Source: a virus (lineage: Duplodnaviria > Heunggongvirae > Uroviricota > Caudoviricetes). From it: a stretch of DNA of 64,000 bases. Within the stretch, counting starts at the first letter, position 1. Every line of letters starts with the position of its first letter. The stretch lies in the IMG/VR virus record IMGVR_UViG_3300046047_000272. The stretch is one strand, 5' to 3'. Position numbers and translations under genes: made by a program. This document shows, one piece after another, positions 1-10,386 of the stretch. A model generated the notes under the pieces. That model was not told where the DNA came from, ran no database searches, and saw only the letters and a list, made by a program, of their open reading frames with translations.

Positions 1-2
1 AC

Positions 3-230
3 AATCCTGTACGATTAACGTTCTCCAGTGGAGCTGTTACGATTATATCATTCGGTGATGGCATTTGGAGGATTGCGGCTATCAGTCACACAGACCATGT
101 TGACATGATCCATGTAGCTCCAGATAATGATGAACGGGATGAGTCTGACGCGGCCTATGTTGACGGAGCTATCATCAAAGTAACATTTGATGGTAGGACA
201 TTATATCGTAATGGTCATCACGTCCAGTAA
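3..230 (+). CDS. 5'-partial hypothetical protein, paralog of 56873..57262
   Basis: Open frame from the window edge reads ...LTFSSGAVTIISFGDGIWRIAAISH...APDNDERDESDAAYVDGAIIKVTF..., matching MTFSSGAIITMAYAKHGVWRINTISH...APDDDDDRYSDGAFVNGVLIKATF of 56873..57262; not in the ORF track. Confidence 0.8.
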   Translation, partial: NPVRLTFSSGAVTIISFGDGIWRIAAISHTDHVDMIHVAPDNDERDESDAAYVDGAIIKVTFDGRTLYRNGHHVQ

Positions 231-471
231 ATCATTCATGATGCGTCACGTCAGTTTCCTGATTCATACTGGTTGATATAGCGTTATTGCTATTGCTCAT
301 ATCAACGATGATCGTGCTCGTAACGATGAACAGACACATGATCATCATCTTGATGATTGACATGAACAATGTTTCTTATAGAACACGATAACACGCCAGG
401 TGAAAATTGCCTGAACATGGCGTATACTTGATCATACCAAACATTATACTAACGTTCATTGGAGAATTATT

Positions 472-867
472 ATGCCTATTCAACTTACCATCAATACTAT
501 TTGTGGTTTACGTTCACATAATCACCAGTTCACCTTGAATAACGATGACGACATCATCGAGCTCTGCGGTAATGCGTACAGAATGATCATGTCGGCACCT
601 TCTGGCGTTGAACTTGGCATGAACGCCGACTATGGTGACCCTACCGTTGAAGAATTCAGTGATCAGCCATTAGATATGGATGAGTATTGCGTATCAGAGT
701 ATGGATCAGCAATGTTCAATGATCATGATGGACTCATCGATCTCCCATATTCGTCTAGGCAGCGTCTTGATGATGTCTTTAAGGATTGCGGTGAGTTGAC
801 GACATGGTATCAGAAGCTCGATCAACGTATCACTGGAATTACTTGCTCGTATACTACAGTAGATTAG
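472..867 (+). CDS. hypothetical protein
   Basis: 131-aa ORF, GGAG RBS, followed by a hairpin. Confidence 0.7.
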   Translation: MPIQLTINTICGLRSHNHQFTLNNDDDIIELCGNAYRMIMSAPSGVELGMNADYGDPTVEEFSDQPLDMDEYCVSEYGSAMFNDHDGLIDLPYSSRQRLDDVFKDCGELTTWYQKLDQRITGITCSYTTVD

Positions 868-891
868 TAGACAAGCGGTAGAATCACATCT

Positions 892-927
892 AAGGGGCCA
901 TCCGGTGTTGTTATTGGATGGCCCCTT
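892..927. terminator. GC-rich hairpin between convergent genes, probable bidirectional terminator
   Basis: AAGGGGCCATCC / GGATGGCCCCTT 12-bp perfect inverted repeat. Confidence 0.65.
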
Positions 928-970
928 CAATATATCATGTTCTACATAGCGACCGACAGACGGCTGTCTA

Positions 971-1468
971 TTACGCTACATCGCCGGTTACTGCTAAGAC
1001 TTGATCAGCTTGTCGTAAGGCCTTCACCATATCACTGGCCTGGTCAGCGTCATATTGGTCCTTAAAAACTTGATACGAGTCATCCAGCCATTCCCTAGAT
1101 ACTCGATCAGTATCATATATGGCTTGATATGATTGTCCCCCATCACGACTGTACACCGGAACCGTGCACAGCACAGCGTCGATAGATCCCGTTTCCCGGT
1201 CACTTACCAGGAGCGTCACTGGCTGATCTATGCTTAAACCACTGTCTAATGCCGCTGATTTAATATCGTGCTCTGGCGTCAGCGTATATGCATCCTCTAA
1301 ATCCTCTATGGCCGTCATGATGATGATATGATCATGAGTATCAATGGCGTTACTGAGAGCAATGGCTAGTCGTTCGAAGTGGTCTGTCATCAAATCGTAG
1401 GCGTTTTTAGGAACAGTGCAATCAATGATCTCATGGGTTACTGGTGATCGATATGTATGATTGTTCAT
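971..1468 (-). CDS. hypothetical protein
   Basis: 165-aa ORF with AAAGGA RBS. Confidence 0.7.
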   Translation of the reverse strand: MNNHTYRSPVTHEIIDCTVPKNAYDLMTDHFERLAIALSNAIDTHDHIIIMTAIEDLEDAYTLTPEHDIKSAALDSGLSIDQPVTLLVSDRETGSIDAVLCTVPVYSRDGGQSYQAIYDTDRVSREWLDDSYQVFKDQYDADQASDMVKALRQADQVLAVTGDVA

Positions 1469-1652
1469 GATTGTCCTTTACCTCTATGAATGCACTTGTC
1501 TTACTAATTATATCATAAGGATTGATGTGATATGTTTCGATACGCCCTCACTAGATTAGAGTTCATATTGTTGACGACACGCCGGTATGATCCTGATGAG
1601 GACCCTGTGATAAGATGGTCGTATACGATACATACGATAAAAGGAGCACATC

Positions 1653-2117
1653 ATGTCACGAAAATCACTTCAGAATACCGATGAGGGCGTGTCGTCAGAT
1701 CAGGGTAGTGTCCCTGAGTTCACGGACGCCGAACTAGGCAAGAATCATGATCTGTCTAAGCTGATGTTTACAAGAGAACATTACCATTGTGGTGATTTAC
1801 AACATGATTATGACGATCAACGAGTATCTGATGCCCTATCCAGGGACCGTTCTGATACGTATGACGTACTTACGGCGAGATTACGTGATCAGTCTGACTC
1901 CTCTGATCTGCCGGTGAGCGTGGATATGATTCCACTGAATGATAATCAGGTACTGGTCATTGATAATTTTGGCGAGCGTCCGGCATTGATTGAGTCAACC
2001 ATTGAGAATACGGCTATTATCAGTAAGCGTAATTGGCTTGAACATCGTCTCGGTAATCTTGATATGGCCGCTAAACGTTTTGTACAGGATGTCGCTGAGG
2101 AGCCATCCTTGGCGTGA
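1653..2117 (+). CDS. hypothetical protein
   Basis: 154-aa ORF with AAGGAG RBS. Confidence 0.7.
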   Translation: MSRKSLQNTDEGVSSDQGSVPEFTDAELGKNHDLSKLMFTREHYHCGDLQHDYDDQRVSDALSRDRSDTYDVLTARLRDQSDSSDLPVSVDMIPLNDNQVLVIDNFGERPALIESTIENTAIISKRNWLEHRLGNLDMAAKRFVQDVAEEPSLA

Positions 2118-2142
2118 AGCCTCTAATTGTTAGATTCTTAGT

Positions 2143-3828
2143 ATGAAACGATTAGGATGGAATACCAAGCTTGGTAAGTGGACGGTTTGCACGGCTAAGA
2201 CTATGGGTAGTCATGGATGCGTGCATACTGGAGGGCATATTGATCATGTGAGTAAGGATACGCTTGATGCTCTTACAGAAGAATTGCAAGAGTATGCTCA
2301 TCGTAATTCCGCTAAGAGTGGTGTATTATCATCTAAACCCAAAATGAATTATCAGGAGAGTAAGAACACCATATCAAACTTTGGTGACGCTGCTGAGATT
2401 TCAGCGAATCTTGATATCATCCTTGGCCGAGCTGAATTTGATGAGAGCATGCCGTATCAGCAATCTGACGTGGCTTTCATTGAAATTCGTGGACAGGACA
2501 AGCATCTTAAAGGGTGGACGATTCAACTATATCAGAATGGCGATATGGATGGTCCTTATCCTGGTGATCATTATCAAATACCGATGAGTGACCTGGAACA
2601 ACATGCTGACGCTATCCGTGAAGAATTGAATGTTGCTCATGACCTCAAGCAGATTAAGGCTGAAAGTCATCTTATCGGAAAGAAGAAGGTCGGAGGACGG
2701 CTGCGTGTTGACTCTACTCGGACGGCCGATCAGAAGGCTGAGGATGATCAGTATAAGGCGTCTCTTCGTCAAAGGGGAAGGGACATCAGGTCTGCCGCCT
2801 TACAGTCTATAACCAGTGAGGGCAAGCAAATATCGAAGTTATTGCATATACCAGATGATCGTCAAATCAAGTCATTAGGTGAGAAGGCCGATGTGAGGAT
2901 CGGCATTAAATCATCAAACAGTCAGATGATTGATCGAGTATCAACGAAGAGCTTCCTCGGTGGTAGTAATGCGCAATTATTCTCGGCTGGTGGATCTGTG
3001 GCCGGTGAGGTCAGATTAGTGTCTATGCTCCCAGATCGGTTGAAGAACAATCCAGAGGAAGCCCAGAAGGTTGTTGACACGGCTAACAATTATGGAACTG
3101 ATGAACAGGGTCGAATAGAGTATCTTAAGGATCAGGGATTCACGTTCAATGAGCAGAATGCTATGATTATGAATCAGGATTACGCGACGAGTATTGATCA
3201 TATGGGTAAGCAGCGTGGTGTTGATGCGAAGGCTGGTCTCATTGGAGCCGCAGTGGCTCGAGTCAATCATCATACGACCAAGTTACAGGATTTAGATGAT
3301 ACCACGAGGGCTGGATTCGTCGCCGTTTGCCTGTTACGGGGATCAACCGAATATAATCCTAATACTGGCGTTTACACTGATGCGACGCCAACCATTACGA
3401 CGTATGCTGACGTTACTGATCGGACAGGATATCGAGATGGCCATGATGCACGAACGATTCTGAGTCATAGAAGTCTTGATGAACAGGCTGATCATATCGT
3501 CGAGTACGGATCGTTAGCGTCTTCTAACAGTAAGAATCTTAAGGGTCAGAAAGCCTCGTCATTATCACAGGTCCATCTTGATGGTGATGTGATCACGTAT
3601 CCTGTGAATCTTGGATTAACGCTAAAATCTGATATCGACGCTAATAAAACGAACCGTGGCGCGTTGACGCATACCCAGAAGATTGCCCGTGAAGCCTATA
3701 TGAAGGAACAACATGGATTAGAGGTTCAATCTGATGAGTTTACGTGTTCCGAATGCTTCCTCGTAAAGCATCGGAATCAATTAGCTTTCACGGGTCCGAA
3801 TGGGCCTGTCTGCAAGGACTGCGCGTAG
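2143..3828 (+). CDS. protein with N-terminal Cys/His module and C-terminal DUF4193-like Zn ribbon
   Basis: N-term KWTVCTAKTMGSHGCVHTGGH; C-term QSDEFTCSECFLVKHRNQL...GPVCKDCA resembles the actinobacterial DUF4193 C-terminus. Confidence 0.7.
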   Translation: MKRLGWNTKLGKWTVCTAKTMGSHGCVHTGGHIDHVSKDTLDALTEELQEYAHRNSAKSGVLSSKPKMNYQESKNTISNFGDAAEISANLDIILGRAEFDESMPYQQSDVAFIEIRGQDKHLKGWTIQLYQNGDMDGPYPGDHYQIPMSDLEQHADAIREELNVAHDLKQIKAESHLIGKKKVGGRLRVDSTRTADQKAEDDQYKASLRQRGRDIRSAALQSITSEGKQISKLLHIPDDRQIKSLGEKADVRIGIKSSNSQMIDRVSTKSFLGGSNAQLFSAGGSVAGEVRLVSMLPDRLKNNPEEAQKVVDTANNYGTDEQGRIEYLKDQGFTFNEQNAMIMNQDYATSIDHMGKQRGVDAKAGLIGAAVARVNHHTTKLQDLDDTTRAGFVAVCLLRGSTEYNPNTGVYTDATPTITTYADVTDRTGYRDGHDARTILSHRSLDEQADHIVEYGSLASSNSKNLKGQKASSLSQVHLDGDVITYPVNLGLTLKSDIDANKTNRGALTHTQKIAREAYMKEQHGLEVQSDEFTCSECFLVKHRNQLAFTGPNGPVCKDCA

Positions 3829-3834
3829 ATCACA

Positions 3835-5424
3835 TTACGCATTACGATCATCTAAGCCCAAGTCAACCTTCGTAGAGAAGCCCAAATCGTTATCAACGGT
3901 GAATGTATTATTCAAATCATCATTCGCATCATCAAGTGAATATGATGGCTGCACCGTCTTCTCCGTGTAATGTCGTAATCCTCCATTCTTGGAGAAGATC
4001 TGCATCATCCAAGTTATAGCTTGATCTCTTGGACCCTGAATATGATCCCTCCAATCAGCCTCTGATAAAAGATCGTACTGATACTGATCCTCATGAAAAT
4101 CCTCATGATGAACGATCTCAGGATGTAACGATCTGAATGTACTGTACACATCCTGGAACGCTGATGACTGCATACCAATAGTCGTAAAGAAGGACTCTGC
4201 TTCCTTGGCAATCGAGGACACATCAATACGATGATCAGTCCACCAGGTCAAATACGATCCATCCTTCCTCTGAGCGTCATTGATAAATTCTACGTAGTCA
4301 GACTTAGAATGCCGTTTATCCTCTCTGATTAATTCTACGGGGAGCACATCGTGTTCATAGGATTTCTGAGCGATATCAAATACACTCTGCTTCGATCCAC
4401 TTGAAGCCATCGAAGAGAAGACCGTTCGGATGATCGATTGTCTCGCGTCCCCTTGCAGTCCTGGATTCTCATAGAATCCAGCTGAATCTAATGTAAGATC
4501 AATCGTTTCCAATCGTTCCTTATCCTTCATCTTATTCGCATATTTGATGCGTATCGTCAGGAGGATAAGAACGACCACGATAAGCGTTGCTAATCCTATA
4601 CCGCTGATAATAGTTGATGTTATAGCCTGATATGATCGAGTACTAGCCTCGCTAGAGTCCTTTTTCGCTCGTTGTAAATCAGCTTGGGCGTTCAATTCGT
4701 CAGCACTCATTGGCGCCACGGTCTTATTGATACTCAATGATCCGTATAAGGCTTGGATAATTATGTTATCTGTAATGGCCACGGCAGTCTTAATACCAGT
4801 GTCCCAATCATCTTTAGCCATAAGATTCATAGCCTGTGTGCCATTAAGATAATCAGATGACACCGCGTCTGATAATGATGATGGCACTTCAGATCCAACG
4901 TTAACAGCATACTGATGACCCGTAGTGTCAACAACAATAGCAATCGTGTTATTCGGAAGATTCTTATCCTTTACTGTCTTCGCCGCATAATCCTCTATAG
5001 TCGTATTCCCTAAATCGCTTGTCGACGTGATGACCGCAATGGCCACTGGTGATTGGAATCCAGCATACTTTACATTCAAGCCATTAACCATGATCGATGT
5101 ATTTTCACGAAGAACTTTCGCGTCGTCATATACGTATTGCTCCTGCTGATTCTGTGTCGTCGTGGTGTCACTAATGAGTTGAATTTGACTATCGTTGCTT
5201 TGATTCGTTGCTTTCTTGAAGGACGCAGACTTCTGATGATACACCATATTGTCTTTCGTGTTTTCCTGTTGCTGTTGTTTCTGCTGTTGATCTGAAGATT
5301 GATCATTACTACCCTGACCATGGAGGAATATCATACCAAATAACACCATGAAGATGAGACCAATCATGCTCGCAATGGCTATCTCTGTTGTTGATATCGT
5401 GGATGTCTTGTTCTGGTTAGACAT
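3835..5424 (-). CDS. TPM-domain (DUF477) membrane protein
   Basis: N-terminal TM; YVYDDAKVL...IAVITSTSDLG...IEDYA...IAIVVD...YAVNVG pattern of TPM domains; second TM near residue 275. Confidence 0.65.
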   Translation of the reverse strand: MSNQNKTSTISTTEIAIASMIGLIFMVLFGMIFLHGQGSNDQSSDQQQKQQQQENTKDNMVYHQKSASFKKATNQSNDSQIQLISDTTTTQNQQEQYVYDDAKVLRENTSIMVNGLNVKYAGFQSPVAIAVITSTSDLGNTTIEDYAAKTVKDKNLPNNTIAIVVDTTGHQYAVNVGSEVPSSLSDAVSSDYLNGTQAMNLMAKDDWDTGIKTAVAITDNIIIQALYGSLSINKTVAPMSADELNAQADLQRAKKDSSEASTRSYQAITSTIISGIGLATLIVVVLILLTIRIKYANKMKDKERLETIDLTLDSAGFYENPGLQGDARQSIIRTVFSSMASSGSKQSVFDIAQKSYEHDVLPVELIREDKRHSKSDYVEFINDAQRKDGSYLTWWTDHRIDVSSIAKEAESFFTTIGMQSSAFQDVYSTFRSLHPEIVHHEDFHEDQYQYDLLSEADWRDHIQGPRDQAITWMMQIFSKNGGLRHYTEKTVQPSYSLDDANDDLNNTFTVDNDLGFSTKVDLGLDDRNA

Positions 5425-5583
5425 ATATTATCCTTTCACTAATCATAAGGAGCTGTTCACAGGACATTATACCTTCCAGCAAAGGATAGATTACCATGAC
5501 GGATGGATACATCTGAATATCTTATGATCATAGGTATTATGAATATAATTATACAGCAATGAATCTGCTAGGAGTAATAGACT

Positions 5584-6342
5584 ATGATCACAGCAATGAA
5601 TGAGCAGAAGGGAACTGATGATCAATCATTATCGATACGGATATATGATCGTCATGAGGGAAAACGAGCTGCTCTCATGCTCATTAGCATTGGACTGTTG
5701 ATTCTCATTGCTGGCATCGTGCTCAGGAACCCCATAATTATCCTTGTCTTTTTTCCATTCGAGTTCCTGGCGGCCAAATACTGGGATCAATACAAATACT
5801 CGACGCTTGTCGATCTGAATGTCATTGAACGGATTACGGGTCATCGTGTCCTACGATCACCATCATATGAGGAATATCAGAAGGATACGATTGACACTAG
5901 CGTACTTGATGGTGTAGAGAATGAGCGGCATTATCGACGTGATCAGCAGGTTATAGCTGATGCGATTGCTCGTGGTGATCTTACGTATCGTGATAGGAAG
6001 AAGAAGGTTCATCGTATCACTCGGGATGATTATGCGCGGTATGCTGATTACGCGCCGGTTGACTATGCAGCTAGCATAGGATTAGGACCATTAGCATTAC
6101 CGAAACCGGTATCAACGTCGTCATTGTTGACTGCTCACGATGAACATATCGTGATTAGACCATATGCAAAGAATCAGAAGCATGACTATATGGATTTGCC
6201 AGCATTAATGACCAGTGATCAAAAAGTCGTCATGGCTAAGATTAGGATTATTAACGATCATACTGGTGTCATTGAATATCAGGACGACGATCGTGTTCAG
6301 AAAATCATGACGGACAAGGTACGATCAGGAAATCTTATCTGA
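5584..6342 (+). CDS. hypothetical membrane protein
   Basis: 252 aa with two N-terminal hydrophobic segments. Confidence 0.7.
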   Translation: MITAMNEQKGTDDQSLSIRIYDRHEGKRAALMLISIGLLILIAGIVLRNPIIILVFFPFEFLAAKYWDQYKYSTLVDLNVIERITGHRVLRSPSYEEYQKDTIDTSVLDGVENERHYRRDQQVIADAIARGDLTYRDRKKKVHRITRDDYARYADYAPVDYAASIGLGPLALPKPVSTSSLLTAHDEHIVIRPYAKNQKHDYMDLPALMTSDQKVVMAKIRIINDHTGVIEYQDDDRVQKIMTDKVRSGNLI

Positions 6343-6984
6343 ATCATCGTATGGCTGATAATCGTCATATTGGCCATATGACTCTATACGCCATGATGAT
6401 TGCTCATTGTTTTTGGTGATCATCGTGCCAAGATTATCCGTGGCCTCGCCTTCGAGTGTGGATTGATCATGTGTACTAATGACCATGAAGACGTGCGCCG
6501 CCCTTGCTAGTCTGAGAATATCAATAAGCCTTGAAACAACACTACGTTGATCATTGCTTGCTTCAAGGAGCTGATCATATTGATGAATAATGAGATAGCA
6601 TGATGGTCCCTCGTTGGTAAGCCCCCAATCATTGACATGTCTCATATCCATCAAATTGATTCTACCATCGATTTCTATCATGACATCATCAAGAACACCG
6701 AGAATTGGGTCTCCCGGTCTGATGACCACGCTAATCGGTCGATGAGTATTCTCCTCGATACTATTCTCGATAGTGTCGAGGATATGATCCTGTTCATCTA
6801 GTGCGCCTCCGATGAGGCCGATATGCGGTGATGAAAACAGTTGGCTATGTCGTAGCTGCATCGTGGATAGGATTCTTTGATTGTCTGTCCCTGTTGGATC
6901 CCAGTATCCATTGACGATTCGCCCGTCATGATTGATACGGCCTATTGGAATAATGTCCTCATACGTGTTGATATACGACAACAT
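6325..6984 (-). CDS. degenerate FtsK/HerA-like P-loop domain protein
   Basis: IPIG...PHIGLIGG and CYLIIHQY...LIDILRLARAAHVFMVISTH follow the FtsK layout (PHLLIAG, IAR.GRA.GIHLILATQ); Walker A GKS and Walker B DE are absent. Confidence 0.5.
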   Translation of the reverse strand: MLSYINTYEDIIPIGRINHDGRIVNGYWDPTGTDNQRILSTMQLRHSQLFSSPHIGLIGGALDEQDHILDTIENSIEENTHRPISVVIRPGDPILGVLDDVMIEIDGRINLMDMRHVNDWGLTNEGPSCYLIIHQYDQLLEASNDQRSVVSRLIDILRLARAAHVFMVISTHDQSTLEGEATDNLGTMITKNNEQSSWRIESYGQYDDYQPYDDSDKIS

Positions 6985-7081
6985 GTGCTCCTTTTCTCAG
7001 ACATTAGCGTCGTATCTGTGATACGATGCGTCAATAAAGAGATATATCTAGCATGATAATGACCATATAAGGAGGACGATC

Positions 7082-7405
7082 ATGTCAGATCATGTTGCCG
7101 AGATGTTTGCTAATAGGTGGCCTGAGCATAACGATCATGGTGAGGTGCGATTATATGATTCGCTTCGCGGATGGGTGTGGATGCCGCGATCGTCCTATGA
7201 TATAGGTGATCATGTCATCATCGAGAATACTGATTCTCCGTATAATGGTTGCATAGCCGAGGTCATCGTGGCGGATAAGACTGGTACGCTTGAACAATCA
7301 AGTTATCCGAGTTATGATGTGATCGTGAAGATGATCGATGGCTCTGAACTATTATACAAGCATCTTACCGAGGAGTACCTTCGACCTGTTGAGGAGCCAT
7401 CTTGA
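7082..7405 (+). CDS. small protein with KOW/SH3-like motif
   Basis: YDIGDHVIIENTDSPYNGCIAEV; GGAGG RBS. Confidence 0.55.
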   Translation: MSDHVAEMFANRWPEHNDHGEVRLYDSLRGWVWMPRSSYDIGDHVIIENTDSPYNGCIAEVIVADKTGTLEQSSYPSYDVIVKMIDGSELLYKHLTEEYLRPVEEPS

Positions 7406-7516
7406 TGGTTATTGGTACTATTGAAGAATAACCTCACGATGATATCTTCATGTCGTGAATTGTAGACATCAATGAACGATGATCTCCCGTGATTATGGTG
7501 TGATCATCGGAAGGGA

Positions 7517-7759
7517 GTGAACATGGCTAAGAAGCATAAGATGACCAAGCATGATCGGTTACAGGCTAGGAGAATTAAAGAGGGCTATCAGGGTGATATT
7601 GATTGGTCGTCACTCATTCCTGAAACTGATTCTCGACAGCATGACGCTGATGAGGATTACGCTCAGTGGGCTAAGGAAACAGCGAAGTATTGGTCAACTA
7701 TTCAACACCAACCAAAAGAATTTCCATCCATGACGAATGCTAATATGGCTGCATCATAG
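7517..7759 (+). CDS. hypothetical protein
   Basis: 80-aa ORF with AAGGGAG RBS. Confidence 0.55.
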   Translation: MNMAKKHKMTKHDRLQARRIKEGYQGDIDWSSLIPETDSRQHDADEDYAQWAKETAKYWSTIQHQPKEFPSMTNANMAAS

Positions 7760-7794
7760 ATCGTATAACACTCATGATCGTTATGATCATCATC

Positions 7795-7829
7795 TGAGGG
7801 CCAATCATCGCGTTGATGATTGGCCCTCA
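7795..7829. terminator. hairpin between convergent genes
   Basis: TGAGGGCCAATCATC / GATGATTGGCCCTCA 15-bp perfect inverted repeat. Confidence 0.7.
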
Positions 7830-7848
7830 ATCGTATTCTCTATGAGGC

Positions 7849-8457
7849 CTATACGCCCTTTCTGACCATCAAATCACCTAAGAGATAAAGATAGGCGGCG
7901 CTCGTCGGTCTGGACATGATCTTCGTGAAGTCCATCATAGATGTGGTCATGGACTGCATGGCGTCATCCTCAGATATGATGTCAGGCTGTTCACCTGGTG
8001 ATGGTAATCGCATGGATTGTTCATGATGGGTAATAAGATCGGTAATGTGTTGACTAAGAGTCTCCATATCGGTAATTGTTGCACGCAGATCGTCAACGGT
8101 GAAGTCCCCATCAATAATTTCAGTGGCGTGGATGAGATCGTCATCCGAGAACTCATTTGCACTGATTGGTTGATCGAATCCATCGTATTGCTGTCCTAAT
8201 ACGATCTTACGTCGTGATTGAGCTAGTCCAATGGCTATTCGAGCTAATCGTAGGTCCTCTTGATCCATGGCGTCTGTATTGGCTGATGATTGATTGGTCA
8301 ACGATGAGATGATTGATGCGATGCGTGTCCTCCTATCATGTGATACATGATTGGTGACGATGTGCAGACAATCATCGTGTGGGTCCTGGTATGGCGTGAT
8401 CAGTGGCTTATATGATTCATCAATACAAGCCTTGATTTGACGACCGTTCTGGGTCAT
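7849..8457 (-). CDS. hypothetical protein
   Basis: ORF track gives 7849..8580; a GGAGGAG RBS favours the ATG at 8457 (MTQNGRQ...). Confidence 0.65.
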   Translation of the reverse strand: MTQNGRQIKACIDESYKPLITPYQDPHDDCLHIVTNHVSHDRRTRIASIISSLTNQSSANTDAMDQEDLRLARIAIGLAQSRRKIVLGQQYDGFDQPISANEFSDDDLIHATEIIDGDFTVDDLRATITDMETLSQHITDLITHHEQSMRLPSPGEQPDIISEDDAMQSMTTSMMDFTKIMSRPTSAAYLYLLGDLMVRKGV

Positions 8458-8560
8458 ATGCTCCTCCTTGTCCTCAAGAAGATCATTATACCTTAATCTA
8501 TATCTTAACCGTGATAGATCTTTAGTGATATGACGTGATAATCTATAGGAGGATGCAACG

Positions 8561-9745
8561 ATGGCCGAGAAGAAAATCATGATGGGTATGGCTCGAAGGG
8601 GAACCTATGGGCCATGCAAGGCTAAGGATCCTATGACCTGCAAATTCCACTCTAATCATCAGATGATGACGAGGACTGAGGCCGCCGAGGCCAATGAGGC
8701 TCTATTAGAGTGTGATCCTAGCACACATGAGAAGACATTACGCATTAACCCATTAGAACAGAAGGCGAATGGTGTCATCATGATGTTACTGCATCATGAG
8801 GACGACGCGATGAATCTTATCGAGTTTGATGAGCAGGGTGTCATCGATGTTCTCAATGGTACCAATCTTGATGAGCCAGACCGTCGTGAGAACATGAACT
8901 CTCCAGCAGCCCATCAAGTAATGGATGTCCTCTATAAACGTGGCGTACTAGCCAAGCATCCAGAGATCGTACGCGCTGGATTAACAGCAACGAGTGATCC
9001 TAACATGTACATTAACGCCGTGCAGAAACTCCAATTATCAGGATTAGACAATCATGATATTATCGCATTAATGCCAGATGATTACGATACGTTATACAAG
9101 ATGAAGAAAGACTTGGACTCATGTCATGTCTATATGGCTATGGCTGATGATCTAAACGTTGATCCAGAAACGAGGGAGGACGCGAAATCTGACGCTAATC
9201 AATACTTAGCCTACGAGCGAGACGCCTACGATATCCTCTTCAAGAAGATGAGCACCGCTCTCGTCAATAATACGATGCATGGCCAATTGCACTCGTACAT
9301 GGTCAGGGATGTTATCGACAATCCACGATTAGATCCACGCGCGGTGAAAGCCGTCTTAATGAGAGATGACGTCTACAAGGATGAGGATCAGAAGATTGAC
9401 GTCGTGGAAACGGCCATGGAGGGATACTGGGGATCTGTCCGTCGCGCTGGCGACAAGCTGGAGATGGATGATTATCAACCGCAGAAGCTATCTGATAAGG
9501 TGAAGGCGAATATCGCATTTGACCGATTCTACGAGGGTGGCCTATCCGAATTGCAGGATTATCAATACGATATGACGAAGCATACGGAGACCTTATGGTC
9601 AGGATATGCATCTACAAGAGAATGCTTACTTGATGGTAATCCTCGCTTCAAGGAGTTCATCAAAGCGAACGCTAAGCAATGGCAGGAGTCTGAGGGCATT
9701 CCGTTATCAACGAAGATCAAACTCATGTTCAAGGGATATATCTAA
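8561..9745 (+). CDS. protein with N-terminal Cys/His module
   Basis: RGTYGPCKAKDPMTCKFHSNH; 394 aa; AGGAGG RBS. Confidence 0.75.
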   Translation: MAEKKIMMGMARRGTYGPCKAKDPMTCKFHSNHQMMTRTEAAEANEALLECDPSTHEKTLRINPLEQKANGVIMMLLHHEDDAMNLIEFDEQGVIDVLNGTNLDEPDRRENMNSPAAHQVMDVLYKRGVLAKHPEIVRAGLTATSDPNMYINAVQKLQLSGLDNHDIIALMPDDYDTLYKMKKDLDSCHVYMAMADDLNVDPETREDAKSDANQYLAYERDAYDILFKKMSTALVNNTMHGQLHSYMVRDVIDNPRLDPRAVKAVLMRDDVYKDEDQKIDVVETAMEGYWGSVRRAGDKLEMDDYQPQKLSDKVKANIAFDRFYEGGLSELQDYQYDMTKHTETLWSGYASTRECLLDGNPRFKEFIKANAKQWQESEGIPLSTKIKLMFKGYI

Positions 9746-9775
9746 ACACTATCGGACAATACGTATTGCAGCATA

Positions 9776-10162
9776 GTGAGGACGATCATGAAGACAACTG
9801 GACGTAATGATCAACAATCATCAGTTGATCCTACTGGAAGGACACCTGTGAACAAACAGGATGCATCATATCAGAATCTAGGTGGAGGAGTATCCGCCGC
9901 GTATCGTGAGTCCCCGGAACTAGGAGACCAGTCAGATTCGAGTCCTCTTGATACTGATGATCATCGGATGAATAAGAGTGTGTACACTTATAACACTGGT
10001 TATATCACACCTAATAATTCGTCCTCAACATATCATGTCCGTGGCGATCTGAGTAAGGTCGTTACACCAGATCGTGATTCAGATCATAGTAAGATAGCTA
10101 TGCGTATTAGCGTTGGTGTAATTATTGCCCTCATCGCCGTGCTTATATGGTCAATACTGTAG
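9776..10162 (+). CDS. small C-terminally anchored membrane protein
   Basis: Ends ISVGVIIALIAVLIWSIL. Confidence 0.6.
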   Translation: MRTIMKTTGRNDQQSSVDPTGRTPVNKQDASYQNLGGGVSAAYRESPELGDQSDSSPLDTDDHRMNKSVYTYNTGYITPNNSSSTYHVRGDLSKVVTPDRDSDHSKIAMRISVGVIIALIAVLIWSIL

Positions 10163-10178
10163 CCAGTAGATAGCGCTT

Positions 10179-10279
10179 AGATCTAGTTAGGCTCAGAACA
10201 TGACTCTTTACTCATGTTCTGAGCCTATTCTGACTGGTGCTGAGCATAAAAGCCCTCAGATGATACGTTATACTAGATG
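10179..10279 (+). repeat. 101-bp intergenic hairpin element, copy 1
   Basis: AGATCTAGT-TAGGCTCAGAACATGA-loop-TCATGTTCTGAGCCTA...AAAGCCCTCAGATGATACGTTATACTAGATG; recurs at 18213, 48753 and 54764. Confidence 0.95.
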
Positions 10280-10386
10280 GACAGAAATCTGAGCTTAGAT
10301 GTGATATTGATGGCGCGACGGCATTCCTGGTCTTGTCCACGAAATCGTGATATAATGAAAAAAATATAGAACGATGACGAAGGACT

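Noticed and set aside
1593-1630. CTGATGAG followed by a GACC/GGTC stem, like a hammerhead core
   Set aside because: The required GAAA after stem II is absent (GTAT) and stems I/III are not evident
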